A DNA stretch of 40,872 nucleotides from an uncultured virus (IMG/VR IMGVR_UViG_3300025371_000001) (IMGVR_UViG_3300025371_000001); one strand, 5' to 3'. Positions 18,380 through 28,990 are shown, numbered from the stretch's first letter. Program-made: numbers and translations. The notes: generated by a model not told the origin, from the sequence alone.

Positions 18380-19091
18380 ACTACTTAAACATCTAGAAAA
18401 CATCAAAACCGATGAAGACGAAATCAATGAAAGACGTGAAATCGCCGAATATATAGCACAAATATTAGGTGCTATTGATCCAGTATACATGCATTATTTT
18501 ATGACGAAAGACAGGAAAATATATGACATTAGCTTATACGAAAAACTTCTAAAATATAACAAAATTTCACCTGGCAACGCTTACGTATACGTAGAAAACC
18601 ACTATTTCACTGGATACGATTCAACAAAATATTTTTACCCTTTTCTCAAGTACGGATTTTTATACGCTTATTTATCGAAACTAGGTTTCAGTTCTGTTTA
18701 TGCGGTACCTGCATCTGGACTTAAATATGTCTCTATAGTTGTTCATTACCCAGATGCTAAACGTGCAGTCGTAGAGGTAGCTAACATCGATAATGTAGCA
18801 ATTTACACTAACTTACCAAGAATAGTACGCGATATAAGTACTAAACAAATAGACGACGATGAGTTGAAAGAGATTGTATCACAACTAGACTCACAGAAAC
18901 TTTTCGCTGGATATGACTTCAATGAGGCGAGACATATAATTAATAGATATTACGAAGATCATGACGCTTCGTTGGCTGACGACGTTGAGTCCATCAGAGA
19001 AGCTTATAATCGTATATTTCGACCATATCGAGTAGTATATGACTTGGAGACTAAACAATTTCAAGTAAGTGGTAGCAATGAAGGTAGATGA
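18366..19091 (+). CDS. MKVDELLK paralog family member 7
   Basis: Family motifs. Confidence 0.85.
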   Translation: MKVDELLKHLENIKTDEDEINERREIAEYIAQILGAIDPVYMHYFMTKDRKIYDISLYEKLLKYNKISPGNAYVYVENHYFTGYDSTKYFYPFLKYGFLYAYLSKLGFSSVYAVPASGLKYVSIVVHYPDAKRAVVEVANIDNVAIYTNLPRIVRDISTKQIDDDELKEIVSQLDSQKLFAGYDFNEARHIINRYYEDHDASLADDVESIREAYNRIFRPYRVVYDLETKQFQVSGSNEGR

Positions 19092-19758
19092 ACTACTTAA
19101 ACGCTTAGAAAACTTTGAAATAGAAAACGAAAAATATGAAATCGCCGAATACTTAATACAAGCGTTCAGTAATAAAAAAAGACGATACTTATTTTACATT
19201 ATGATGAAAGACAGGGAGACAATATACGGTATTGACTCATATGGAGAACTTCTTGAATTTAACAAAGTTTCACCCGCTGACGCATACGTATTCATAGAAA
19301 ACGACTATTTAACTGGATACGACTTAACAAGTTATTATTTTCCCTTCCTCGTCGATAGACACCTATTACCGTACGCCTACTTATCGAAACTAGGTTTCGA
19401 GTATTATAATGTAGTGCCTGCTACTGGACTTAAATACGTCGCTTCAATTAAACAATTTCTAGACGTTAATCGTACAGTCGTAGAGGTTATTGATATCGAC
19501 ACTGCAGCAATTAACACGAATTTGCAGACGTTAATACGCGGAAGTACTAAAAACATAGGTTATGATGATTTAAAAGAGATTGTATCACAACTAGACTCAC
19601 AGAAACTTTTCGCTGGACATGACTTCAACGAGGCAAGGAGGATACTTCGTGCATTTTACGGGAACCGTGATATATCATTGGTTAAAGAAGTTGAAGCCAT
19701 CAAAGACGCATATAATCGTATCTTCAAACCATATCGTATAGAATGCAAGTGCATATAA
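19078..19758 (+). CDS. MKVDELLK paralog family member 8 (C-terminus cut short by a duplication)
   Basis: Family motifs; a normal tail continues out of frame at 19751-19818. Confidence 0.8.
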   Translation: MKVDELLKRLENFEIENEKYEIAEYLIQAFSNKKRRYLFYIMMKDRETIYGIDSYGELLEFNKVSPADAYVFIENDYLTGYDLTSYYFPFLVDRHLLPYAYLSKLGFEYYNVVPATGLKYVASIKQFLDVNRTVVEVIDIDTAAINTNLQTLIRGSTKNIGYDDLKEIVSQLDSQKLFAGHDFNEARRILRAFYGNRDISLVKEVEAIKDAYNRIFKPYRIECKCI

Positions 19759-19882
19759 TCGCATATTTCAATCATATAGAGTAGTATACGACCTAAAGAC
19801 TAAACAATTTATAGTTTAGTTACGTCCTCTCACCGAAAGCTTTTTAAACCCCCTTTTCCTTTCTCTCTCCTTGGTGAAAAAG

Positions 19883-20182
19883 ATGGGTGAATCTAAATTA
19901 AATAATAACAATGAATGCAAAGTATTAGAATCCGTCTTTCATTATCACAACGAGTTGGTAAAACTAAAAGTAGGTGATGATAGAGGAGATGAACTTTACG
20001 AAAACTTTGTCCAAGCTTTAATGGAGCTGTATGAGTACATCAGCCCACAATTTGTATATAAAAATAATCACTACTACTACTGCAGGATATGCAACAAAGG
20101 CCCATATACAAAAAAAGGCGTTCTTCTTCACGTATTTAGATCACATATAAACTTCATTGCAGATCAATTATGCACCTCATAA
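19883..20182 (+). CDS. C2H2 zinc-finger protein
   Basis: YYCRICNKGPYTKKGVLLHVFRSH; promoter cassette from 19823. Confidence 0.8.
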   Translation: MGESKLNNNNECKVLESVFHYHNELVKLKVGDDRGDELYENFVQALMELYEYISPQFVYKNNHYYYCRICNKGPYTKKGVLLHVFRSHINFIADQLCTS

Positions 20183-20253
20183 AAAATTTAAATCTGTCCT
20201 CCCATCGAAAGCTTTTTAAACCCCCTTCACCTTTTTTCTCGTGGGTGGAAAAA

Positions 20254-20370
20254 ATGGGAGCAATAAGAATGAAATTTATACCATTTGTGTATAAAAAGAC
20301 GTTAATGGACGACATATTGAGAGAGACCTACGTAGAACCAGACGAAGATGTAGGTGATGATTGTGATTGA
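20254..20370 (+). CDS. Small hypothetical protein (38 aa)
   Basis: ATG after the promoter cassette from 20196 and a GGTGG SD. Confidence 0.5.
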   Translation: MGAIRMKFIPFVYKKTLMDDILRETYVEPDEDVGDDCD

Positions 20371-20653
20371 AACTAATTTATTAAACAACGTTGACGTTGA
20401 ATATCACGTAAAAGAACTAGAAGAAAAAATAAAACGTGAGTTTATCGAGGTTCTTAAGAACAACGTTATAGATCCATATAAGTCTAACGTTGCACTTTAC
20501 GGTGAGAACTTTGTATTCTTGTATGTTGGCGTTAAACGTTTTAAGCACGTTATACGTTTTAAGTTCGAAGTTTACAGACGTAAAGAATTTGGATTATATA
20601 GTAAACGCTATAATGTATCTATAGGTACGGTTTACGTGAGCGTGAAAATATGA
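20354..20653 (+). CDS. Hypothetical protein (about 99 aa)
   Basis: Overlapping operon arrangement; exact start uncertain. Confidence 0.65.
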   Translation: MMIVIETNLLNNVDVEYHVKELEEKIKREFIEVLKNNVIDPYKSNVALYGENFVFLYVGVKRFKHVIRFKFEVYRRKEFGLYSKRYNVSIGTVYVSVKI

Positions 20654-21297
20654 GGAAACTTACAGAAATTAATTGGTTTAAGGACGAATACGTTAAAGTT
20701 TACAACATCGTTAATGTAGAAAATAGGATGCCACCATTAGACGAAATTTACGTTCTTGATGATTATGATGTAAAATCACTGAAAATAATACCACGTGGCA
20801 CAGTTATGGCTTTCGCCTTATCTTCACACGATACCGAAAAACAGTACGTGTGGTTTAGATATGAACCACCAAGTTTAAACGTATTTGCTCACGAAATGAT
20901 ACATCTAGCTAAGAAATATAAGCGGCTTGATGACGAGGTATATGCGTATAACTTAGCTCCATTAGTAACGATACTGGCGGAACGTAATATCACCCCTGAA
21001 CATAACGTTTTAAGACTTTTAGAGGATCTAAACCTCAACGTTTTAAGCAGAAAGATAACACAATATTTCCATGTAAACAACATCGAAGAGTTATTCTTAA
21101 CTCTCGGTGTCGTACCGTATTTTACTACGTTTGAAAATGGTACAATAACTATACGAAAAGAGTACACAGAAGATGATGTTATGATAGGTACTATAACGGA
21201 GTTAATTGCAGCAGCGGAATACAACGACTTCATACTCAACTTTATACTACAAATACTGAACAACACCCATCCGAGTGAGAAAAATGAATATAGATGA
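20650..21297 (+). CDS. Zincin-like (HExxH) metalloprotease-domain protein
   Basis: VFAHEMIHL followed by DEVYAY (candidate third ligand Glu). Confidence 0.65.
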   Translation: MRKLTEINWFKDEYVKVYNIVNVENRMPPLDEIYVLDDYDVKSLKIIPRGTVMAFALSSHDTEKQYVWFRYEPPSLNVFAHEMIHLAKKYKRLDDEVYAYNLAPLVTILAERNITPEHNVLRLLEDLNLNVLSRKITQYFHVNNIEELFLTLGVVPYFTTFENGTITIRKEYTEDDVMIGTITELIAAAEYNDFILNFILQILNNTHPSEKNEYR

Positions 21298-22015
21298 ACT
21301 GCTTAAACGTTTAGAAAGCATCAAAATTGATGAAGACGAAATCAATGAAAGACGTGAAATCGCTGAAAACCTAGCACAAATGCCAGACGTTAATGAGCCA
21401 CTACTCATACATCATTATTATATCATGACGATAAACGAGGAAATATATAACATCAGGTCATACGAAAGATGGCTTAAATTTGGCATTGGTGAAGCCTTAT
21501 CTGACGATGCTTACGTTTACGTCTTTGTTGACGATGTATCTCGTCCAGCATATTATTATTTCCCTTTCCTCACCAATGAATATCTCTTACCGTACGCTTA
21601 TTTATCGAAACTAGGTTTAGAAAAACTTTATTATGTAGTACCTGCTATTGGACTCAAATACGTCGCTGTAGTTATTCGTTATCCAGACATTAATCGTGTG
21701 GTCGTAGAGATAACTGATATTGGTACTGTAACAATTAACATGAAGTTACCGACGCTAGTACACGATATTTTAGGTACTAATCAAATAGACAGTTATAAAG
21801 TAGAAGATATTGTATCATCATTTAGCTCGCAGAAACTTTTCGCTGGATATGACTTCATCGAGGCGAGAGATATAATTAATAGATATTACAGAGATAATGA
21901 CACTTCGTTAGCTAAAGAAGTTGGAGCCATCAAATACGCTTACAATCGCATTTTTCAACCATACCGCATAGAATATAACTTGGATACTAAACAACCTATA
22001 TCTTCAAGTAAGTGA
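21284..22015 (+). CDS. MKVDELLK paralog family member 9
   Basis: Family motifs. Confidence 0.85.
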   Translation: MNIDELLKRLESIKIDEDEINERREIAENLAQMPDVNEPLLIHHYYIMTINEEIYNIRSYERWLKFGIGEALSDDAYVYVFVDDVSRPAYYYFPFLTNEYLLPYAYLSKLGLEKLYYVVPAIGLKYVAVVIRYPDINRVVVEITDIGTVTINMKLPTLVHDILGTNQIDSYKVEDIVSSFSSQKLFAGYDFIEARDIINRYYRDNDTSLAKEVGAIKYAYNRIFQPYRIEYNLDTKQPISSSK

Positions 22016-22020
22016 TAACA

Positions 22021-22755
22021 ATGAAAATGGACGAATTACTTAAACATCTAGAAAACATCAAAATAGATGAAGACGAAATCAACGAAAATATTGATGAAAA
22101 ACGTGAAATCGCTGAGTATTTAGTACGAAAATTTAGTGTTGATAAACCGTTCTACACATATTTTATCATGACGAAAGACAGGAAAATATACGAATTTGGC
22201 TCATACAAAAAGCTTCTCGAATCTAACAAAATTTCATCTAACGATGCATATGTATACGTAGAAAACGTTTATTTCGTTGGATACGACCCAGTAAGATATC
22301 TATACCCCTTTCTCAGGTATGGAGGTAAAGAATCTTTGGTAAACGCTTATCTATCAAAACTAGGTTTCAGTTCTTCATGCGTGATACCCGCACCTAGACT
22401 TAAATACATCGCTACTGTTGTTCGTATTCTAAACGTTGGTCGTATGGTCGTAGAGGTAGCTAACATTGGTACCGTAGCAATTAACATGAAGTTACCGACG
22501 TTAATACGCAGTATTTTAGGTACTAAATATATAGACGAATATGATATAAACGATATTGCATCACAACTAGACTTACAGAAACTTTTCGCTGGATATGACT
22601 CCTACGACGCAGAAGATATAATTAGTGGATACTACGAAAGTCATGACACTTCGTTAGCTAAGGAAGTTAAGGCCATCAGAGACGCTTATAATCGTATCTT
22701 CAAACCATATCGAGTAGCATATGACTTAAATACTAAACAATTCATATCAACTTAG
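22021..22755 (+). CDS. MKVDELLK paralog family member 10
   Basis: Family motifs. Confidence 0.85.
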   Translation: MKMDELLKHLENIKIDEDEINENIDEKREIAEYLVRKFSVDKPFYTYFIMTKDRKIYEFGSYKKLLESNKISSNDAYVYVENVYFVGYDPVRYLYPFLRYGGKESLVNAYLSKLGFSSSCVIPAPRLKYIATVVRILNVGRMVVEVANIGTVAINMKLPTLIRSILGTKYIDEYDINDIASQLDLQKLFAGYDSYDAEDIISGYYESHDTSLAKEVKAIRDAYNRIFKPYRVAYDLNTKQFIST

Positions 22756-22819
22756 TCACGTCCTTCCATAGAAACCTTTTTAAATCCCCTTTTCCCTTTC
22801 TCTCTCTTTGGTGGGAATA

Positions 22820-23539
22820 ATGAAGGTTGATGATTTACTTAAACGTTTAGAAAACGCTAAAACCGACGAAGACAAAAGACGTGAAATCGCCGAATACCTA
22901 GCACAAACGTTCGGTGATAAAGAGATACGACCCGTATATCATTTTATGACGAAAGATAAGACAATATACGACTTCGACTCATACGAAGATCTTCTCGAAT
23001 CTGACAAAATCTCACCTGAAGATGCTTACGTATTCATAGAAAACGACTATTTAACTGAATATGACTCAGTAAGTTATCTTTACCCTTTTCTCGACCGCGT
23101 AGTGCTTTTGGTAGACGCTTATTTGTCAAAATTAGGTTTAAAAGCTAATGTTTATCGTGTAATACCAGCTACTGGACTTAAATACGTCGCTATAGTTAAT
23201 AAATTCTCAAAAACTAATAGTATAGTAGTAGAGGTAGCTGACATTGATAACATTGTAGCCAATACGAACTTACCAATATTAATATTAAGAAATAAATATA
23301 TAGATGATGAGGTAAAAGAAATCGTATCACGATTTAGCTCGCAGAAACTTTTCGCTGGATATGACTTTAGGCGGGCGGAAGAGATAATTCGTGGATACTA
23401 CGAAAATCATGACAAATTGTTGGTTAAAGACGTTGCGGATATTATCTATGCTTATAGTCGCATATTTCAACCGTACCGCATAGAATATGACCTAAAGAGT
23501 AAACGAGTTATTGCGTCGTTCGAGCGAAAGCTTTTTTAA
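22820..23539 (+). CDS. MKVDELLK paralog family member 11
   Basis: Family motifs; own promoter cassette from 22759. Confidence 0.85.
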   Translation: MKVDDLLKRLENAKTDEDKRREIAEYLAQTFGDKEIRPVYHFMTKDKTIYDFDSYEDLLESDKISPEDAYVFIENDYLTEYDSVSYLYPFLDRVVLLVDAYLSKLGLKANVYRVIPATGLKYVAIVNKFSKTNSIVVEVADIDNIVANTNLPILILRNKYIDDEVKEIVSRFSSQKLFAGYDFRRAEEIIRGYYENHDKLLVKDVADIIYAYSRIFQPYRIEYDLKSKRVIASFERKLF

Positions 23540-23588
23540 CCCCCTTCCCCTTTTCTTGTCATGGGGCTAAAAGCCCCAGGTGGAAAAA

Positions 23589-24704
23589 ATGGCAGAGAAT
23601 AAATCCCTCCAAAAAAATGTTTCCTTGGTTAAGACAACGTTAGATAATTACGTTTTTGGACATGACGATATGAAACGTGCAGTAATGCTCGGTCTTCTAT
23701 CGTCAGAACCCACGTTTATTTTAGGACGGGTAGGTATTGCAAAGACGTATACTATAGATACATTAGCGAAGATGTTAAACGCTAATTATTATTACGTTTT
23801 ACTTAACAAATATACGGAACCTGATCACATATTAGGAATACTCGACATAAACGAATACAAAAAAGGACGTTTAGTATATCATGGTGGAGTTGTCGACGCA
23901 AATATCGTTATGTTTGACGAACCATACAAATCTTCGCCCGACGTGTTAAATACGCTTTTAGATATAATATTAAACAAGAGAGTTTTCGGGATTAAACTCA
24001 ACCTGCTAGCTACGTATTTCGCATCTAACGAGTTCGATAACGATGACGATTTAATAGCGTTTAACGACAGATTAACTATACGTGTAGTAGAAACCGATTA
24101 CGTTCACAAACCTGACTTAAAGAAGATAGTAAAGAGTGATTCAAAGACGCCAGAACCCATACTGACATATGACGACATAGTAAACTTACAAAACGAGGTT
24201 AGGAAAATCGCTATGAACATTAACGACACTTTACTTGACAAATTCTTAGACGCTATAATAGAACTAAGAGGGTTGAACTACTTAATCTCAGACAGACGTG
24301 TAAAGAAGACTGTATACGTAGCGGCAGCAAACGCGTTACTTGAAGGAAAGGACAACATAGAACCAGACGATCTAGTCACCGCGATGAAATTCACGCTTAA
24401 CGACCCGATGAAGTATACAGATTCGATAAAGGAAATCGAGACTATCGCGTTAAAACACGGACTAAACGAGATAGCTTCCGTAATTAATAAAATACGCTCT
24501 CACATTAACGTTATTAACGTATTGATAACTAACGCAAAAGATGGTACAACAGACAGGAACATTACGTTATCAAACTTGAAGCAAGAACTGATAAAAGTAC
24601 AAGAACTATGCAAAAAGTATTCGACCAAGAGTAATGACGTGAAAAACTTATGCGATAGTATCGATATACCTGACGATATAGTAAACGAATTATTAAGGGT
24701 GTAA
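23589..24704 (+). CDS. MoxR/RavA-like AAA+ ATPase
   Basis: Walker A GRVGIAKT, Walker B MFDEPYK, ASNE sensor, AFNDR arginine finger, ISDRR. Confidence 0.85.
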   Translation: MAENKSLQKNVSLVKTTLDNYVFGHDDMKRAVMLGLLSSEPTFILGRVGIAKTYTIDTLAKMLNANYYYVLLNKYTEPDHILGILDINEYKKGRLVYHGGVVDANIVMFDEPYKSSPDVLNTLLDIILNKRVFGIKLNLLATYFASNEFDNDDDLIAFNDRLTIRVVETDYVHKPDLKKIVKSDSKTPEPILTYDDIVNLQNEVRKIAMNINDTLLDKFLDAIIELRGLNYLISDRRVKKTVYVAAANALLEGKDNIEPDDLVTAMKFTLNDPMKYTDSIKEIETIALKHGLNEIASVINKIRSHINVINVLITNAKDGTTDRNITLSNLKQELIKVQELCKKYSTKSNDVKNLCDSIDIPDDIVNELLRV

Positions 24705-24708
24705 CAAA

Positions 24709-26034
24709 ATGAAGGAGATTGAGAAGAAGACGGAACTGTACAGTAACTTACTTAATTTCAACGTTAAGAACCCGCACAAAAATGACGATTTGTTCAAAGA
24801 ATTCGTTATCATGACGGACGCTCTAATTAAAAAACCGACGGATAGGCATAAGATCGTAAGTGGCGATATATTCGCTTCATTGTACTTACCACATTACTTC
24901 CTAAGGTTCAAAAACGACGACGAAAAGTTAGAGGCAGTAAGGACTGCATTAGTAAACAACTATATGGAGATAGAAGAACTACGTTCTTCAACTGTTGACG
25001 ATTTACTTACGAGTTCAGTCGACACCATAATAATTTACAACCACATAGTGAAACTGTTAGACGAACTTGAACAGACGAATAATAAAGATAGAATACAACA
25101 GATATCTTACGCAATTGAGAAAGGGATATCACAAGCTGCTTCAAAGTGTAAAGTCGTTAATAAAGCTTTGAAAAACAACATGATACGCCAAATGATATCT
25201 AACGAAATGAATGGCGGGAAAAATAAGATTAATATGAATGACGGAGAAGAAAATAAGGAGGGCAGTAATACTTACGATAGGACGCCTGGTATGTTACGTT
25301 TCATCGATACCGTTACTAACCTTAACGTAGATTTGGACGTATTACTTAATATCGTGAAGAAAGGTACTGAGTTGTTTAACAAACTCAACGATTCGCCTCA
25401 CGGTACTTACAATTCGTATAGAATTACGTCATCGATACTAGAGGCGACTAAAATACCTAAGAACTTCGTCGACGACGAAATAATGGAAATTAAGATGTTA
25501 AACGGGTCGTTTATTACGTTAGCAAAGAAAAGTAACATTGACGGATATTACATTTTACTTGACAAATCGGGTAGTATGAGCGGTGAAAAAATCGTAAACG
25601 CTAGAGCTATAGCATTCGCTTTAGGACTTTTAGCTAAACAACGTAGACTGAAGTTCATGTTCAGATTTTTTGACGACAACGTCTATGACATGATAGACAA
25701 ACTAAATATCGAGAACTTAGCGAAAATCGGTTCGGTCGACGCAAATGGCGGGACGTGTATATCATGTGCGTTGAATAAAGCACTTGAAGACCTACGTAAT
25801 ATGAAAGAGTTCGTAATAATAATCATAACTGACGGTGAAGACGAGTTTGCTATAGAACCTTTAGCTAACGCGATTAAAAATGGTAAACATAAACTAATAT
25901 CGGTACTAATAGGAAACGAATCATTCCATAACTTAATCGAACTGACTAAAAAAGTAGACGGAGTCGTTTTAACCGCAGAAAATTTAGACGATAAAATAGC
26001 ACTAGAAATACTAAAGGAGGTGTCAAGTCAATGA
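24709..26034 (+). CDS. vWA-domain protein (ViaA-like partner)
   Basis: MIDAS LLDKSGSM, GGT, IITDGED. Confidence 0.85.
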   Translation: MKEIEKKTELYSNLLNFNVKNPHKNDDLFKEFVIMTDALIKKPTDRHKIVSGDIFASLYLPHYFLRFKNDDEKLEAVRTALVNNYMEIEELRSSTVDDLLTSSVDTIIIYNHIVKLLDELEQTNNKDRIQQISYAIEKGISQAASKCKVVNKALKNNMIRQMISNEMNGGKNKINMNDGEENKEGSNTYDRTPGMLRFIDTVTNLNVDLDVLLNIVKKGTELFNKLNDSPHGTYNSYRITSSILEATKIPKNFVDDEIMEIKMLNGSFITLAKKSNIDGYYILLDKSGSMSGEKIVNARAIAFALGLLAKQRRLKFMFRFFDDNVYDMIDKLNIENLAKIGSVDANGGTCISCALNKALEDLRNMKEFVIIIITDGEDEFAIEPLANAIKNGKHKLISVLIGNESFHNLIELTKKVDGVVLTAENLDDKIALEILKEVSSQ

Positions 26035-26477
26035 CATCGTTTATATTATGGGTTTCAAGACACGACCCAATACCAGCAGAACGTGAGATAATAATCAATT
26101 ATCCGCATTCGTTTGTAAAGGAGTTTATACCAACGGCTGAATATCTAATGGAGAACTACATTGAACCACTTCTTAAAAAATACGATAAAGTCTACGTAAT
26201 CGCGATACTACCAGAATCGTTTAAGATGAGATTATTAGAACTTGTTAGCAATGATAAGTATAAGGACAGGGTGTTTGTCGTAGAACCAATGATGAAGGAA
26301 CTAGTGCATTCTAAAGACGTGAAGGAGTGTATGGACGTTTATAAAAACGATACAAACAAATACGTCATGATAACCTACGGTAACGGTAAGGAATGTAAAG
26401 TTTTCGAATTCGAGAAATTCGTTATATTAAAACAATACGTCAAAATTTATGAGGATTGGGATCATGAAAGTAGATGA
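26031..26477 (+). CDS. Hypothetical protein with Csx16-like N-terminal SRH motif
   Basis: FILWVSRH ... VIAILP pattern. Confidence 0.6.
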   Translation: MTSFILWVSRHDPIPAEREIIINYPHSFVKEFIPTAEYLMENYIEPLLKKYDKVYVIAILPESFKMRLLELVSNDKYKDRVFVVEPMMKELVHSKDVKECMDVYKNDTNKYVMITYGNGKECKVFEFEKFVILKQYVKIYEDWDHESR

Positions 26478-27195
26478 GCTACTTAAACATCTAGAAAACA
26501 TCAAAACCGATGAAGACGAAAAATGTAAAATCGCTGAGAGCATAGCACGAAAATCAAGTGTTGATGATTTAATGTATATGTTTAAACATCGTATCATGAC
26601 GAAAGACAGGACAATATACTACCTTGACTCATATGGAGAACTTTTTGGATCTATCAAAATTTCACCTGGTGATGTTTACGTATTCATAGAAAACGACTAT
26701 TTAACTGGATACGACTTAACAAGTTATTTTTACCCTTTCCTCGTTGATAGACATCTATTACCATACGCCTATTTGGCTAAACTAGGATTAGAAACCGACT
26801 TTTGTCGCATAGTACCAGCTACTGGACTTAGATACGTCGCAGTAGTTTATCATCTTTCGCGTGGTGAACGACGTATAGTAGCAGAGGTTGTTAATATCGA
26901 CACTGCAGTAATCAACACAAACTTATTGACGTTAATACGCAGAAGTGCTAAAAACATAGGTCATGATGAGTTAGAAGAGATTATGTCACAACTAGACTCA
27001 CAAAAACTTTTCGCTGGATACGACTTCAACGAGGCAAGGAGGATACTCAATAGATACTACGAAAATAATGACACTTCTTTGGCTAAAGAAGTCGAAGCCA
27101 TAAGAGACGATTACAATTATATCTTCAAACCATGCCGTGTAATATACGACTTGGAGACTAAACAATTTGTAGTAGGTGATAACAATGAAAGTTGA
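26464..27195 (+). CDS. MKVDELLK paralog family member 12
   Basis: Family motifs. Confidence 0.85.
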   Translation: MKVDELLKHLENIKTDEDEKCKIAESIARKSSVDDLMYMFKHRIMTKDRTIYYLDSYGELFGSIKISPGDVYVFIENDYLTGYDLTSYFYPFLVDRHLLPYAYLAKLGLETDFCRIVPATGLRYVAVVYHLSRGERRIVAEVVNIDTAVINTNLLTLIRRSAKNIGHDELEEIMSQLDSQKLFAGYDFNEARRILNRYYENNDTSLAKEVEAIRDDYNYIFKPCRVIYDLETKQFVVGDNNES

Positions 27196-27964
27196 TGAAT
27201 TACTTAGACGCCTCAAAAACGTTGACATAACAATTAAAACGCAAAAAAGAGGACAACCAATACCAAAAGTATTCGTTCTTTATCCCGATCGTGTAAAAAT
27301 AGCTCTTACGAGTAAATACGTCGATTGTTTGCACTACGTTTCACATAGTGGACTAACGTTTAACGGTTGTGCTGAAATTACGGATAGTGATCCATACATC
27401 AAAATAGTGTACGGTATATACTACATACTAACACCGCCGATTATTACGGTAAGTAGTAGACAGAAGATGTCAAGAAACGAAGGTTACTTTTTATCATACG
27501 TTAAAGACTTCTTATTAAACAACAAAGAACTAATAATGCCTCAACTTGTTGTATACGACAATTACGGTTTTAGAGTATATGATAAATTCATAAAAGGCGG
27601 GATTAGGGTATTTCCGCTATTCGATGAAATGGACGGTGTTAAAATATACAAAATACCAGACATTGACCCAAACGGTTTTGAATGGAACAAAACGAAACAG
27701 ATCCAAGAACCCGTCCCGATATCAATGGTGGATTATTACGGTACTCACGTGCTAGGAGTCGTTAAAGGTAGCGTTACGGTGTACAAACCAATTTTATCGG
27801 AAAGGGGGAATACCGTTATAAATACGTTATTCGCCAATATATCGCCTGGTACAATGATTAGTATACGACGTGACGACGGTATGGTTATCAAAGAGATGTA
27901 TATTGAACCAGGTTGGTATATATTCGTAGAGGGACTAAACAATGAAAGTAGACGAACTACTTAA
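27185..27964 (+). CDS. Hypothetical protein carrying the MKVDELL tag on an unrelated body
   Basis: MKVDELLRRLKNVDI, then no family motifs. Confidence 0.75.
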   Translation: MKVDELLRRLKNVDITIKTQKRGQPIPKVFVLYPDRVKIALTSKYVDCLHYVSHSGLTFNGCAEITDSDPYIKIVYGIYYILTPPIITVSSRQKMSRNEGYFLSYVKDFLLNNKELIMPQLVVYDNYGFRVYDKFIKGGIRVFPLFDEMDGVKIYKIPDIDPNGFEWNKTKQIQEPVPISMVDYYGTHVLGVVKGSVTVYKPILSERGNTVINTLFANISPGTMISIRRDDGMVIKEMYIEPGWYIFVEGLNNESRRTT

Positions 27965-28682
27965 ACATTTAGAAAACATCAAAACCGATGAAGACGAAAA
28001 ACGTGAAATCGCAGAATACCTAGCACAAACGTTCGGTAGCAAAAGGATGCAATACTTATTTTATGTTATGATGAAAGACAGAACAATATATGACTACTAC
28101 GAGTATAGAGATCTTCTCAAATCTAACAGAGTTTTGCCTAATAACGCATACGTTTACGTAGAAAACAATCATTTAAGTAGATACGACCCATCAAGTTATT
28201 TTTACCCTTTTTTCGGTCAAGGAATGCCCCCGATAGATGGAATATCTTTGATAACCGCTTATTTATCGAAATTAGGTTTCGAAAACGATATTTATCATGT
28301 AGTACCTGCTACTGGACTTAGATACCTCGTTGTAGTTAGTAAATTTCCAGACGGTAATTGTATAGCAGTAGATGTAGCCGACATTGATAATGTCGTGTTC
28401 AATTCGCGTTTACTAATATTAATACATGGTGCTTTAAGTACAAAACGTAGTACTAAACACATGACTTCTGATGAGGTAAGAGAGATCATATCCCAATTTA
28501 TCTCACGAAAACTTTTTGCTGGACATACCTTTATTGAAGCACAAGATATAATAGATAGATATTACAAGAAACATGACACATCATTGGCTAAAGAAGTTGA
28601 AGCTATCAAAGACGCTTACAATCACATTTTTCAACCATTCCGCTTAGAATATGACCTAAAGACTAGACAATTTGTAGTTTAG
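27942..28682 (+). CDS. MKVDELLK paralog family member 13
   Basis: Family motifs. Confidence 0.85.
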   Translation: MKVDELLKHLENIKTDEDEKREIAEYLAQTFGSKRMQYLFYVMMKDRTIYDYYEYRDLLKSNRVLPNNAYVYVENNHLSRYDPSSYFYPFFGQGMPPIDGISLITAYLSKLGFENDIYHVVPATGLRYLVVVSKFPDGNCIAVDVADIDNVVFNSRLLILIHGALSTKRSTKHMTSDEVREIISQFISRKLFAGHTFIEAQDIIDRYYKKHDTSLAKEVEAIKDAYNHIFQPFRLEYDLKTRQFVV

Positions 28683-28756
28683 TCATATCTCCAAGAGAAA
28701 GCTTTTTAAACCCCCTTTCCCTTTTTCTCATGGGGCTTTAGCCCCAGGTGAAGGGT

Positions 28757-28990
28757 ATGAATATAGTGAAAAGCAGTGAAAATAATAAAATGTCAGATAC
28801 GATTAAGAATAAAGTCCTAAACATGTTGGACGACGATACTAGAGAGCTAATAACGTTATTGAACGAAATAAGGACGGGAAACTTGGATAGACAAAAACTA
28901 GGGAAGGCGTATTTGCAAACGCAAAAAATTCAAACGGAATTATACGAGTTAATAAGGATAACTGATCCTTCGGTGAACAATAATGAGTGA
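28757..28990 (+). CDS. Small helical hypothetical protein
   Basis: ATG after GGTGA SD and a promoter cassette. Confidence 0.65.
   Translation: MNIVKSSENNKMSDTIKNKVLNMLDDDTRELITLLNEIRTGNLDRQKLGKAYLQTQKIQTELYELIRITDPSVNNNE

Noticed and set aside
13498..28682. A diversity-generating retroelement behind the paralog variation
   Set aside because: No reverse transcriptase or adenine-specific template/variable repeat pair was seen in the window.
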